Below the pieces are notes generated by a model. It saw only the letters and a list, made by a program, of their open reading frames with translations, did not search any database and was not told the origin of the DNA. Below, in pieces: positions 36,508 to 46,542 of a DNA stretch of 64,000 nt. The DNA is taken from NCBI GenBank assembly GCA_965204735.1, contig OZ242008.1, positions 64,001-128,000 on the forward strand, read 5' to 3'. The stretch comes from Longimicrobiales bacterium. GTDB taxonomy: Bacteria; Gemmatimonadota; Gemmatimonadetes; Longimicrobiales; Gaopeijiaceae. How positions within the stretch are numbered: the stretch's first letter is position 1; every line of letters begins with the position of its first letter. Position numbers and translations under genes: made by a program.

Positions 36508-37654
36508 GGACGACCTCCAAACAGGTTCTTTTCCCACAGTTCGCTGAGCGAGTAGTCCTCCAGCCACTCCGTCAGGGCTTCTTCGGCTAGTCGCTTGTAC
36601 TGGGTACCGGACTTGGCGTCCGCTTCAAGCACGGCAATCTGGCTCGGCTTGAATTCGTCTACCAACCTAGTCGATTGAGTTGCCAGGATCACTTGCACCC
36701 TCGTAGCCGCGGATTTTGCCAGTGCCGCAAGCACGACTATGGCTGATGGATGAAGGCCAAGCTCGGGTTCGTCCAGCACGATCACGTTGGGAAGCCTGGG
36801 CTGGAGAAACAGCGTCGCAAGAGCCATGAAGCGTAAAGTTCCGTCGGAAATCTGATGCGGCCCAAGGAGATATTCATGTCCCCTCTCGTGCCAGTTCAGC
36901 AGTATCTTGTTAGGATCCGTGGTTCGTGGACCCAAATCGAATCCACCGAACGCGGGAAACGCCAAGCGGATGGTCTCCTCAATCCGGCGGTAGCATTCTA
37001 GATCGGTCCGCTCCAGCCCATGGAGAAACGCGGCCAAGTTGCCGGCATCGTCTCGCAAGTACCGATTGTCCTCGATGTACGCGCTCTTGCGAATGTTGGC
37101 ACGAAACGACGTATCGTGAAACTGGTATCCTCGACAAAGGGAAAGCAGCCACAGCACCACGTCGCATGTCTTGTTGCCTTCGTCCCGCTTCTCCTGCAGC
37201 CGGCTTTCCCCGTGGCCGGAACCAAGCAGGAGCCGCTGGGGCTGGGCATAGCCAGCACGATGGTATTCGACTCGTTCTTCGGCGAACAACATGGTGTCGG
37301 GAGCCGCATCCATGAGTCGCATGTGGTATGTGGTGGTGGTCTTCTCATATGCGCCGTCAGCGCCACCGAACTCGACCTCGGCACGCATCTGCGGAGTCGT
37401 CCTGGCTCCGTAGCGCAAAAGCGATTCTGATCCGCCCTCCCGGCCGATGTAGAGTTGAAGGCTATTCGTGCTTACAAATCCGAGCATCCGGAAGAAAGAC
37501 ACAAGGTTGCTCTTTCCAGATCCATTGGCCCCGAGCAGCACCGTGATGTCGCCGAAATCAACCCTGCTTGACGCGAACGACTTGTAGCCCTCGATGGCGA
37601 TGCTGTTCAGCCTGCTTGTCTTGCTCTCGGTGCCGTCGGTCAAGGAATGCTCCA
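36504..37654 (-). CDS. AAA_21-family ATPase, partner of DUF4276
   Basis: 'GYKS', GANGSGKSN, 'SDGTLRF', 'LDEPELGLHP', 'ATQS', 'LSELWEKNLFGGRP'. Confidence 0.9.
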
Positions 37655-37810
37655 TGTGTTCCGCGGAACGTTGGGGTGGGGCGTCAGCCTGCGCCAAAGC
37701 CTCGCACGCTGTTCGAGGGGGTTCGTAAGCTAGGAACGGTCATAGCGAAACCTTGGATCGCCGTCCCTGGGCGTCAAGCCCCCTCGGGGGAGGTTGAATC
37801 CGCTCGTGCC

Positions 37811-37887
37811 ACCATTCTACTACCATTTTGCTGCCATTCTACTACCAAGATGCCTCCGTTTTACTACCGTTCCGCTACCATTGCGCG
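37811..37887 (+). repeat. 11-bp-period degenerate tandem array x7 (consensus ACCATT-y-T-r-CT)
   Basis: ACCATTCTACT ACCATTTTGCT GCCATTCTACT ACCAAGATGCC TCCGTTTTACT ACCGTTCCGCT ACCATTGCGCG. Confidence 0.8.
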
Positions 37888-37923
37888 AGAGGCCTCCCCA
37901 CTACAGCCCGCTCTAGTGCCCGG

Positions 37924-40137
37924 CTACGTTCCGGGCCGCCACACACGCTCGGCGACCCGTCTGAACCTTGCGTCGCCCCGGATCGGGTCCCAGATGGGAC
38001 TGGCCAAGGACTTGCCCAGGAACGGTTCCCGCCGGGCGACGGCTTCTTCCAGGTGCTCGAAGGCTTGGTCGACGTCGCCCAGACCCACCGCTGTGAACGC
38101 CTGGACCGTGTGGGGGACGTGCTCGCCACGGGCTTGACGAGCTTGAGCCTCCCGCAGCCGGAGCCGCCAGTAGCTTCCCCGGTCGTCCTCGTCGAAGGCC
38201 TCCCAGAGCTCGTCGATCCGCTCCGCCCGCTCCGGCGTGTCGTCCTGCGTGGCCAGGATGTGCTGCTCGCGCACCTTGACCGCGCCGGCGTAGTCACCGC
38301 GCAAGAGATGCAGGTCCTCCAAGACCAGCCAATTGACCTCGTCCTCGGGGTCCGCGGTCACCAGCTCCCGGTAGCTCGCGGCTGCCCGGTCGTACTGGCC
38401 GGAATCCAGAAAGCGGTCCGCTGCGCGTCGTCGCCGAGCCAAGGCCCGGTCTTCGCTGGTCACGAGCACTGGACGGTTCCCGCGATCCGCAACGAACCGC
38501 TCCACGCGCCTACCGATCTCGGTCGAGCTGCGTACGTAGGCGCGAGCCAGCGAGTCGGTGGCAACTCCGGCCTCGGCCAGCGCCGCCTCCACATCCTCCG
38601 CCAGTCCCTCGTCAAACTTCATTGTAACGTTCAACAGGGCAATTCGGAAGACGTCCAGCTCTCGCTTCGGCGCACCCAGCAACTCCGCCCGGTGCAACGA
38701 CTCCTGAATGCGCGCAACGGACTCGTGCGGAGTTCCCGCGCCATGCGCACCGTCCCCGCCCCGGCCCGCAGCCCCGTGCGGAGCCTCGCCCGTTGCCTCG
38801 TGCGTAGCCCCGTGCGTAGCCTCGCCCGCAGCCTCGTGCGTAGCCCCGTCCCGTCGCCTCGTGCGCAGGGTCGCCCCCGGCCCATCCGAAAGCTCCGTCG
38901 GTTCCCCCGGAAACGCGACCGACCCGCCGTCCGCCTTTGCCAGCAGCACGAGCCCCGCCTCGGCCCGCCCCAGCCACGCCAGTCCGAAGGTCGAGTCGAT
39001 CCCGACGGCTTCGGTGAAGTGCCGCATCGCTTGCGCCGCCGCCCGATCCAGCGCCATCTCGGCGTCGGCGCCCAAGTTCTCCGCTTCCAGGCCCAGGTCC
39101 CGCTCGCCCATGTCCACGCCCACCGCCTCCAAGCCCAGCTCGTGGTCCAGCTCCTCCCAGCCCTGGAGGTAGGCTTGGTGCGCCTCGGGATCGACGGCTG
39201 CCACGTGCTCGACGGTCGGCACCGCCGGTTCACCCTCCACTTCCGCCTGCACCGCCTGCGCAATCTCCAGCGCGATCTCGGTCTGGAGGCGCAGGATGTC
39301 GGTCATCTCCCGTTGGTAGGTGCGCGTCATCAGGTGAGTGTCCGACGGCGCGTGAAGCAGCTGGATGCTGATCCGCACGCTGTCGTTCTCGGCCGTCATC
39401 GCCACCGAGCCCGTGACCACGGCCTGGACGCGCAGCTCCTGGGCGATCCGCGGCAGCTGCATCGTGGTGTCGGCGTAGCGGGCGACCGAGGTGCGCGAGA
39501 CGACCCGGAGGCTGGTCATCCCGGTCAGCTGGTTGATGATCTCGTCGTGCAGCTGGCGGGCGAAGAGGTCGCCCTGGCCCTCGGCGAAGTTCGCCAGGGG
39601 CAGCACGGCGATCGCCGCGACCGGCGCCTCGGGGTCGAAGTTGGCGAAGACGGGGCCGCCTCTGGGGCCTCGCGAGTCGGAAGAGCCGGGGCCCGGAGCC
39701 AGCCGGGCTTGGCGGGCCGCCCAGAAAGAGGACCGCCAGCCGGAGCCGTCCCCTTCGGATGCGGACATGAAGCTTCGGCTGAACCAGACGGCCGCGAACG
39801 CCACCGACACCGTCGTCACCCCCAGAAGAGCGAGGCGCGGAGCAAGGGAGCGCACGGCCCCCTGCCCCGACGTTCCGGCGGAAGAGTCCTGCGTCCGCCG
39901 CAGCCCCTCCGACGTGAGCTCGTAGGCCCAAGCCACCGCCAGCACCACCGGCAGTCCCAAGGCGGCTGCCACCACCAGCGACTGCAAGGCCCAGTCGGGC
40001 GTGTTGAAGGCCGGCAGCACGATCTCGCCCAGCTGAAGCGCGACGAAGGCGGCGACCGCGTAGAAGCCTCCGGCCCGCACCACCTTCCGGCGGCGGAGCT
40101 CGTTCCAGAAGGGACCGAACCCGGACTTCAGGCTCAT
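37924..40137 (-). CDS. Membrane-anchored TolB-N-like/TPR protein
   Basis: 'ELRRRKVVR...Y' N-terminal TM module, 'IAVLPLAN', 'LRVVSRTS', TPR helices, C-terminal 'WDPIRGDARF'. Confidence 0.85.
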   Translation of the reverse strand: MSLKSGFGPFWNELRRRKVVRAGGFYAVAAFVALQLGEIVLPAFNTPDWALQSLVVAAALGLPVVLAVAWAYELTSEGLRRTQDSSAGTSGQGAVRSLAPRLALLGVTTVSVAFAAVWFSRSFMSASEGDGSGWRSSFWAARQARLAPGPGSSDSRGPRGGPVFANFDPEAPVAAIAVLPLANFAEGQGDLFARQLHDEIINQLTGMTSLRVVSRTSVARYADTTMQLPRIAQELRVQAVVTGSVAMTAENDSVRISIQLLHAPSDTHLMTRTYQREMTDILRLQTEIALEIAQAVQAEVEGEPAVPTVEHVAAVDPEAHQAYLQGWEELDHELGLEAVGVDMGERDLGLEAENLGADAEMALDRAAAQAMRHFTEAVGIDSTFGLAWLGRAEAGLVLLAKADGGSVAFPGEPTELSDGPGATLRTRRRDGATHEAAGEATHGATHEATGEAPHGAAGRGGDGAHGAGTPHESVARIQESLHRAELLGAPKRELDVFRIALLNVTMKFDEGLAEDVEAALAEAGVATDSLARAYVRSSTEIGRRVERFVADRGNRPVLVTSEDRALARRRRAADRFLDSGQYDRAAASYRELVTADPEDEVNWLVLEDLHLLRGDYAGAVKVREQHILATQDDTPERAERIDELWEAFDEDDRGSYWRLRLREAQARQARGEHVPHTVQAFTAVGLGDVDQAFEHLEEAVARREPFLGKSLASPIWDPIRGDARFRRVAERVWRPGT

Positions 40138-40306
40138 GGCGTCGTCCAGCGTGGGGTAAGCGATGATCTTGTCCGAAGATGAGCCCGGCGCAGGCCGTCG
40201 GCCAGTGCACCGCCCTCCGGTCCCGGAACCAGTCGGCCCGGAAGAGAGTTGGACGAGCCTCGGCCCTCGGGGGTTGCAGTCCCTTCGCCGCTCCCTCCCT
40301 TGGGTG

Positions 40307-40400
40307 TTGGCCAGCGACCGGAGGCGGGGTTGTCCGGCGAGCTTGGCCAGCGACCGGCGGCAGGGTTGTCCAGCGGGGTTGTCCAGCGACCGGAGAGTTG
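40307..40400. repeat. 36-bp tandem repeat (~2.5 copies) in a divergent promoter region
   Basis: TTG(G/T)CCAGCGACCGG recurs at 36-bp spacing, with GGGTTGTCC(G/A)GCG. Confidence 0.75.
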
Positions 40401-40498
40401 CAACCTTCGGTGCACCAGCGCGTACCGGCCGAGCGTCGCGTTCCCGCTGCAGCCGATCCCGCACTCCCGCAAAAACAGCCAGCCCCAAGGGCCGCCTC

Positions 40499-41446
40499 AT
40501 GACCGTAGTCGAAACCTGCGGACTCACCAAGCGCTTCAAGGACGTGCTGGCCGTGGACCAGGTCGACCTCTCGGTGGAGCAGGGCCAAGTCTTCGGCTTC
40601 CTCGGACCCAACGGCAGCGGGAAGACGACGACGATCGGGATGCTGATGGGGATCGTCACCCCCACGGCGGGGAGCTTCAGCCTCTTCGGCGCGTCTTCGC
40701 CCCGGGCGCTGCTGGCGGCCCGCACCCGGATCGGCGCCACTCTGGAGACGCCCAACTTCTACCCCTATCTGGGCGGGCGGGACAACTTGACGGTCACCGC
40801 TCGGCTGAAGGGCGTGGGGAACGAGCGGATCGACGAGTGCCTGGACCTGGTGGGCCTCGGCGACCGGGGCAAGCACAAGTTCAAGACCTACTCGCTGGGC
40901 ATGAAGCAGCGGCTCGCCCTGGCCGCCACGATGCTGAACGACCCGGAGCTGATCGTCCTCGACGAGCCCGCCAACGGCCTGGACCCCCAAGGGATGCGGG
41001 AGGTCCGAGAGATCATCGGCGTGCTGGCGGACCGGGGGAAGACGATCTTCCTCTCCAGCCACTTGCTGTGGGAAGTCGAGCGCACCTGCACCCACGTGGC
41101 CATCGTCCGCAAGGGCAGGATCGTGAAGATGGGAAGCGTCGCCGAGGTCGTGGGCGGGACCAGCGGCGACGACAAGACGGTCGAGGTCCTGGTCCGCGCC
41201 GCCGCCGACGAGGCGCTGCGGCCGGCGCTGGAGGCGTATCCGGGGGCCTCTTCGGTAAGGCCGGCGGAGGACGGGGGCTTCGTGGTCGGCCTCCGCTCCC
41301 ACGACTTGGCTGGCCTGAACCGGTGGCTGGCGGACCGCGGAGTGTACGTCTCTCACCTGGCCCCTCGCCGGCAGAGCCTGGAGGACGCCTTCATGGGCCT
41401 GACCGAAGGCGGCGACTTCGGCTCGATGAAGGAGATCGCGTCGTGA
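40499..41446 (+). CDS. ABC transporter ATP-binding protein
   Basis: GPNGSGKT, YSLGMKQR, LDEPANGLD, SSH. Confidence 0.93.
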   Translation: MTVVETCGLTKRFKDVLAVDQVDLSVEQGQVFGFLGPNGSGKTTTIGMLMGIVTPTAGSFSLFGASSPRALLAARTRIGATLETPNFYPYLGGRDNLTVTARLKGVGNERIDECLDLVGLGDRGKHKFKTYSLGMKQRLALAATMLNDPELIVLDEPANGLDPQGMREVREIIGVLADRGKTIFLSSHLLWEVERTCTHVAIVRKGRIVKMGSVAEVVGGTSGDDKTVEVLVRAAADEALRPALEAYPGASSVRPAEDGGFVVGLRSHDLAGLNRWLADRGVYVSHLAPRRQSLEDAFMGLTEGGDFGSMKEIAS

Positions 41447-42312
41447 CGACTTCGCCAGGCGAATCCGCGGGCGTTGACGGGCGCCGCGTCGCAGGCGGCT
41501 TCGGCGCGCTCTTCAGGAACGAAGTCCTCAAGGCCCGCAAGCGCCTTGCCTTCTGGGTGACGACGGGTCTCTTCGTCCTGGTCAACGGGGGCGAGACTGT
41601 CGATTCGGTGCAGCGGGAAATGAAGGACCCCGAACGAGTCTTCTCGCTCCCGGAGAGCTGGGCCGACATCTTGGTCGCGCCTGCGAACATGGGGCCGTTC
41701 TTCTTGGCGCTGCTGCTGATCCTCCTCGTGGCGCCCGAGTTCCAGTGGCGAACAGCGCGGCAGAACGTGATCGACGGCCTGAGCAAGGAACGCTTCTACG
41801 TGGGCAAGGCCATGGCGCTGGCCGTGCTCGTCGTCTTGTTCTTCGTACTCCCGCTGGCGATCGGCGGTGCTGGGGCGCTGCTCAGCCCTGGCGAGAACGG
41901 CCCGGACTTGGTCCTCTCCACCGACTTCTCCTACATGACGGGCTACGCGCTGTCCCTGTTGCTGCTCGGAAGCGCGGCGGTGATGCTAGCGGTCCTCGTT
42001 CGGTCGTCGGGTCCCGCCCTGGGCGCGCTCTTCGCCTACATCCTGGTGGAAGAGTTCCTCAGCTTCTTCCTCGAACGCTACGAAAGCCTGCGCGACGTCA
42101 CGAGCCACTTCCCCATGGCGCTGCACGACGCCTTGAACGACAGCCGGTTCCACTACCCCGAGCGACTGGCCGAGGCCAATGCAGCCCGCGCGGAGATCGG
42201 CGTGCCCCCGCTGGAGTTTCTCGACCACGGGGTGGTCGTGACGGCGACGCTGCTCTACAGCGCCGTCTTCTTGGTCGTCGCCTTCGTCGGCATGAGCAAG
42301 CGGGACTTGTAG
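41443..42312 (+). CDS. ABC-2 type transporter permease
   Basis: Six-TM pattern with 'EFQWRT'. GTGA overlap with the ATPase. Confidence 0.85.
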   Translation: MTTSPGESAGVDGRRVAGGFGALFRNEVLKARKRLAFWVTTGLFVLVNGGETVDSVQREMKDPERVFSLPESWADILVAPANMGPFFLALLLILLVAPEFQWRTARQNVIDGLSKERFYVGKAMALAVLVVLFFVLPLAIGGAGALLSPGENGPDLVLSTDFSYMTGYALSLLLLGSAAVMLAVLVRSSGPALGALFAYILVEEFLSFFLERYESLRDVTSHFPMALHDALNDSRFHYPERLAEANAARAEIGVPPLEFLDHGVVVTATLLYSAVFLVVAFVGMSKRDL

Positions 42313-42417
42313 AGAGCAAGGTCCTTCCGGGGCCGCCCTCCCTGTCCAAACCGACGCCTGCACGGCATCTTGTGTCGTGACCACGAACAAGCACGCGACC
42401 ACGAACGAGCACAGACC

Positions 42418-43638
42418 ATGACCACGCGCCGGCGCTTCATTCGCAACACCGCCGCGGCCGGGGGCGCCCTCGCCGCCGGCAACACGCTTGCAGCCGCTGC
42501 CGGCTCGGCGGAAACCCCTGCCCCGGCCGTCCCCGGTCAGGCCGGAGTCGACCTGGTCGAGCCCGGTCGGCGCACACCGGCCCCGGCGCCTGCCGCCGGA
42601 CCCGTGCAAGCCCGACGCTCGCTGTCTCTCCTCGTGCTCGGGGGGACGAACTTCATCGGCCCTCATCAGGTGGAGCACGCCCTCTCGAGAGGGCATCGAG
42701 TGACCCTCTTCAACCGGGGACGCACCAACACGCACCTCTTCCCGGAGATCGAGAAGCTGGTCGGCGACCGCAACGACGACCTGCGGGCGCTGGAGGGCCG
42801 CAGCTGGGACGTGGTGATCGACAACTCCGCCATCAACCCCACGTGGGTCGAGCGCAGCGCCGGCGTGCTCAAGGACAGCTGCGAGAGGTACGTCTTCGTC
42901 TCGACGCGCTCCGTCTACGCCGACACCAGCCGTGTTCCCATGTCCACGGCCGCCCCGGTGTGGAGCTACGAGTCCGCGGGCGTGGCGCCGGGCGCCGAGC
43001 GGCTGCCCTACGGCCTCTCGAAGGCGCTGGCCGAGCAGAAGGCCCGCGACGCCTTCGGGGACGACCGGACCCTCGTCTTCCGCCCCGGCCTCATCATCGG
43101 CCCGGGCGACACCACCGACCGCTTCACCTATTGGCCCGCCCGCATCCACCGAGGGGGCGAGGTCCTGGCCCCGGGCGACGGCTCCGACCCCGTGCAGATC
43201 ATCGACGCGCGGGACTTCGCCGAGTGGCTGGTCCGCATGGTGGAAGCCGGCGAGTCCGGCACCTACAACGTGGTCGGTCCGCGCACCCCCCGGCCCATGG
43301 CCGAGCTCCTCTACGGCATCCGCGCCGTGACCACCGCCGAGACGACCTTCACCTGGGTGGACACCGACTTCGCCATCAACGCCGGCCTGCGCCCCTACGC
43401 CGAGCTTCCCGTGTGGCGCCCCGCCCGAGACGGCGCGGAAGGCTTCGCCCGCTTCGACCTGACGCCGGAAGTGGAGAAGGGACTGACCTTCCGCTCCCTG
43501 GCCGACACCACGGCGGCCACGCTGGAGTACCACTTCTCCCGGCCGGCCGACCGTCAGGCAGCCCTGCGGGCGGGCGTCGACGCCCAGCGGGAGCGGGAAG
43601 CGCTGGACCTGTGGCGCGCCTACCGCCGGGCCGGATAG
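42418..43638 (+). CDS. NAD-dependent epimerase/dehydratase-family protein with Tat signal
   Basis: TRRRFIR twin-arginine motif, GGTNFIG, YGLSK, 'RPGLIIGPGD'. Confidence 0.88.
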   Translation: MTTRRRFIRNTAAAGGALAAGNTLAAAAGSAETPAPAVPGQAGVDLVEPGRRTPAPAPAAGPVQARRSLSLLVLGGTNFIGPHQVEHALSRGHRVTLFNRGRTNTHLFPEIEKLVGDRNDDLRALEGRSWDVVIDNSAINPTWVERSAGVLKDSCERYVFVSTRSVYADTSRVPMSTAAPVWSYESAGVAPGAERLPYGLSKALAEQKARDAFGDDRTLVFRPGLIIGPGDTTDRFTYWPARIHRGGEVLAPGDGSDPVQIIDARDFAEWLVRMVEAGESGTYNVVGPRTPRPMAELLYGIRAVTTAETTFTWVDTDFAINAGLRPYAELPVWRPARDGAEGFARFDLTPEVEKGLTFRSLADTTAATLEYHFSRPADRQAALRAGVDAQREREALDLWRAYRRAG

Positions 43639-43645
43639 CCGTCTC

Positions 43646-45529
43646 GTGCGAATCCGCTCCCGACGCGGCCTCGTGCTTGGCCCCCGAAGCGGCCTTGGCC
43701 CCCGATGCGGCCTCCGCCCCCGACTCGGCCTCGTCCTTGCGGCGTTCGCCCCAGCTGCCTGCGGCCCCGCCGCCGCTCCGTCGCCGTCGGCCGTCCAGAG
43801 CGCCCCGGAGCCGCCCCCGGTTGAAGCCGGCGTCCCGGCCGCGCCCGGCGAGTACGAGATCGCCCCCGACGTCCTCCACTACGAGATCGAGCTTGCCCTG
43901 GGCGCTCCCGAGATCGAGGCCCGGGCCACCCTGTCGGTCCTCCCCAACGGCGCCGCCGAGCTTCCCCTCGACCTGGTCGGCCTGGGCGTCCGCAGCGTGC
44001 ACGTCGACGGCGCCCCCTCGGCCTTCGCCTACGCCGACGGCAAGCTGACCGTCCCACTGGACCGGACCGGCGAGAGCGGCGCCCGCGACCTCGCCGCCCT
44101 CGACACGGTCCACGTCGCCGTCGCCTACCACGGGACCCCCGACGACGGCCTGATCATCCGCCCGAACGTCCACGGCTTCCCCACGGCGTTCGTGGACAAC
44201 TGGCCGAACCGCGCCCGCTTCTGGCTCCCCTCGGTGGACCACCCGTCGGACAAGGCCACGGCCGGCTTCACCGTCCACGCCCCAAACGGCTGGCAGGTCG
44301 TCGCCAACGGCGCCCAAGTCGCTGCCCCGTCGCCCACTGCCCCCGACGCCCTGGGCGGGCCTGCCACCCGGGGAGTCGGCGCCCCGACGGACGGCGCGAC
44401 CCCCAGCGGCAAGACCACCTGGCGATGGGCCACAAGCGTTCCCCACCCCACCTACACCCTCGTCGCCGGCGCCGCCGAGTTCGCGGTCGAGTCCCTGGGC
44501 CGGGCGGCCTGCGGCGCCGCGCCCGTCGCCCCCTCTCCGGACGGCTGCGTCGACGTGTCGTATTGGGTCTACCCCCAGGACACGGCCTTCGCCAGGCAAG
44601 TCTTCCGCCGCGCTCCCCAGATGGTGGACTACTTCGTCGCCACGATCGGCCCGTACCCCTTCGAGAAGCTCGCCAACGTCCAGTCGGCGACGCGCTTCGG
44701 CGGCATGGAGAACTCGTCGGCGATCTTCTACTCCGAAGAAGCGATCGCCGCAGGACGACTGGGGGAGGGGACGGTCTCCCACGAGATCGCCCACCAATGG
44801 TTCGGCGACTCGGCCACGGAGGGCGAGTGGAGCCACCTCTGGCTTTCGGAGGGCTTTGCCACCTACTTCGGCGCCCTCTTCTTCGAAGCGGCGGACGGGG
44901 TCGAGGACTTCCGCGCGCGGATGGAGCGGAGCCGCCGAAGCTACGTGGAGTCGGACGACGCCCGGCGGCCCATGGTGGACATTGCCGGGCCCGACAACCT
45001 CTTCGATCTGCTGAACCGAAACAACTACGCCAAGGGCGCGTGGGTCCTGCACATGCTCCGCGGGCTGCTGGGAGACGAGACGTTCTTCGGCGCGATCCGT
45101 TCCTACTACGCCCAGCACGCCTACGGCACCGCCCTCACCGCCGACCTCCAGCGCGTCTTCGAGGAGAGCTCGGGACGCTCGCTGGAGTGGTTCTTCGAGC
45201 AGTGGGTCCGCCAGCCCGGGCATCCGGTGCTCGAGCACCAGTGGGAGGTGTCGGAAGACGGCGCGGAGCTGATCGTGACGGTCGTCCAGACCCAGTCGCC
45301 CGAGTGGCCCGCCTTCCGCTTCCCGCTGGAGATCGGGATCGTCGGCCCCGCGACCGCGACCGGCTCGACCGCAACCGGCCCTGCGCCCGTTCGCCGCCCC
45401 GGAACCGAAGCCGGCGCCCGTCGCGAGCGCGTCGAACTCCGGGAGCGCGCCCACACGTTCCGCTTCCCCGTCGAGGCGCCGCCCGAAGCCGTCGTGCTGG
45501 ACCCGGACGGCTGGCTGCTCAGGGGCTGA
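43646..45529 (+). CDS. M1-family aminopeptidase (probable lipoprotein)
   Basis: GGMEN, HEIAH-x18-E ('WLSEGFA'), 'YAKGA'; lipobox-like PAAC. Confidence 0.92.
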   Translation: MRIRSRRGLVLGPRSGLGPRCGLRPRLGLVLAAFAPAACGPAAAPSPSAVQSAPEPPPVEAGVPAAPGEYEIAPDVLHYEIELALGAPEIEARATLSVLPNGAAELPLDLVGLGVRSVHVDGAPSAFAYADGKLTVPLDRTGESGARDLAALDTVHVAVAYHGTPDDGLIIRPNVHGFPTAFVDNWPNRARFWLPSVDHPSDKATAGFTVHAPNGWQVVANGAQVAAPSPTAPDALGGPATRGVGAPTDGATPSGKTTWRWATSVPHPTYTLVAGAAEFAVESLGRAACGAAPVAPSPDGCVDVSYWVYPQDTAFARQVFRRAPQMVDYFVATIGPYPFEKLANVQSATRFGGMENSSAIFYSEEAIAAGRLGEGTVSHEIAHQWFGDSATEGEWSHLWLSEGFATYFGALFFEAADGVEDFRARMERSRRSYVESDDARRPMVDIAGPDNLFDLLNRNNYAKGAWVLHMLRGLLGDETFFGAIRSYYAQHAYGTALTADLQRVFEESSGRSLEWFFEQWVRQPGHPVLEHQWEVSEDGAELIVTVVQTQSPEWPAFRFPLEIGIVGPATATGSTATGPAPVRRPGTEAGARRERVELRERAHTFRFPVEAPPEAVVLDPDGWLLRG

Positions 45530-45560
45530 CCGACTCCCTCCCGAAAAGGAGCCCGCGTCC

Positions 45561-46538
45561 GTGGCAGCCCACGCCCCTTTCGAGCGTCACATCGTCGAGA
45601 TGGAGGACCAGATCTCCAAGCTCAAGGAGATGGCGTCCAAGGGCGGAATCGACGTCTCCAGCGAGCTCCGGGTGCTGACGGCGAAGCTCGACGTCCTCCG
45701 ACGAGACACCTACCGCAACCTGGACGCCATGGAGCAAGTTCAGGTGGCGCGCCACGCGGGCCGGCCGTACACGCTGGACTACGTGGAGGGCGTCTTCACC
45801 GACTGGTTCGAGCTCAAGGGGGACCGGCGGTTCCGCGACGACGAGGCGATCGTCGGGGGCTGGGCCCGCCTGGAGGGCCGCTCGGTGATGGTGATCGGGC
45901 ATCAGAAGGGGAAGGACATGAAGGAAAACCTGCGCCGCAACTTCGGAATGCCCCACCCGGAGGGCTATCGGAAGGCGCTGCGCCTCATGAAGACGGCGGA
46001 GAAGTTCGGCCGTCCGGTGGTCACCCTGGTGGACACGCCTGGAGCCTACCCGGGGTTCGGCGCCGAGGAGCGCGGCCAGGCCGAAGCCATCGCCACCAAC
46101 CTTCGAGAGATGGCGCGCCTGCGCACGCCCGTCGTCTGCCTCGTGATCGGCGAAGGCGGCTCCGGGGGCGCGCTGGCCCTGGGCGTCGCCGACCGCATCC
46201 TCCTGATGGAGCACGCGATCTACTCGGTCATCTCGCCGGAAGGCTGCGCGGCGATCCTCTGGCGCTCCGCCGACTACCGCAACGAGGCTGCCCGAGCCCT
46301 GCGCCTCACCTCGTCCGACCTGCTTTCCTTGGGCGTGGCGGACGAAATCGTCCCCGAGCCCCATGGGGGCGCCCACACCAACCCGGAAGCGGCAATGGCC
46401 GCCGCCGCGAAAGCTCTCGTTCGCAACTTGGCCGCGCTGGACGCCGCCGAGCCCGACGAGCTGGTCGCCCGGCGCTGGGCCAAGTACGAGGCCATGGGCG
46501 CTTGGCAGGAGACCGCCGCCGGCGTGGAAGCGCCCTAG
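45561..46538 (+). CDS. accA: Acetyl-CoA carboxylase carboxyltransferase alpha subunit
   Basis: 'RNFGMPHPEGYRKALR', 'DTPGAYPG', 'GEGGSGGA', 'YSVISPEGCA'. Confidence 0.96.
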   Translation: MAAHAPFERHIVEMEDQISKLKEMASKGGIDVSSELRVLTAKLDVLRRDTYRNLDAMEQVQVARHAGRPYTLDYVEGVFTDWFELKGDRRFRDDEAIVGGWARLEGRSVMVIGHQKGKDMKENLRRNFGMPHPEGYRKALRLMKTAEKFGRPVVTLVDTPGAYPGFGAEERGQAEAIATNLREMARLRTPVVCLVIGEGGSGGALALGVADRILLMEHAIYSVISPEGCAAILWRSADYRNEAARALRLTSSDLLSLGVADEIVPEPHGGAHTNPEAAMAAAAKALVRNLAALDAAEPDELVARRWAKYEAMGAWQETAAGVEAP

Positions 46539-46542
46539 CGAG

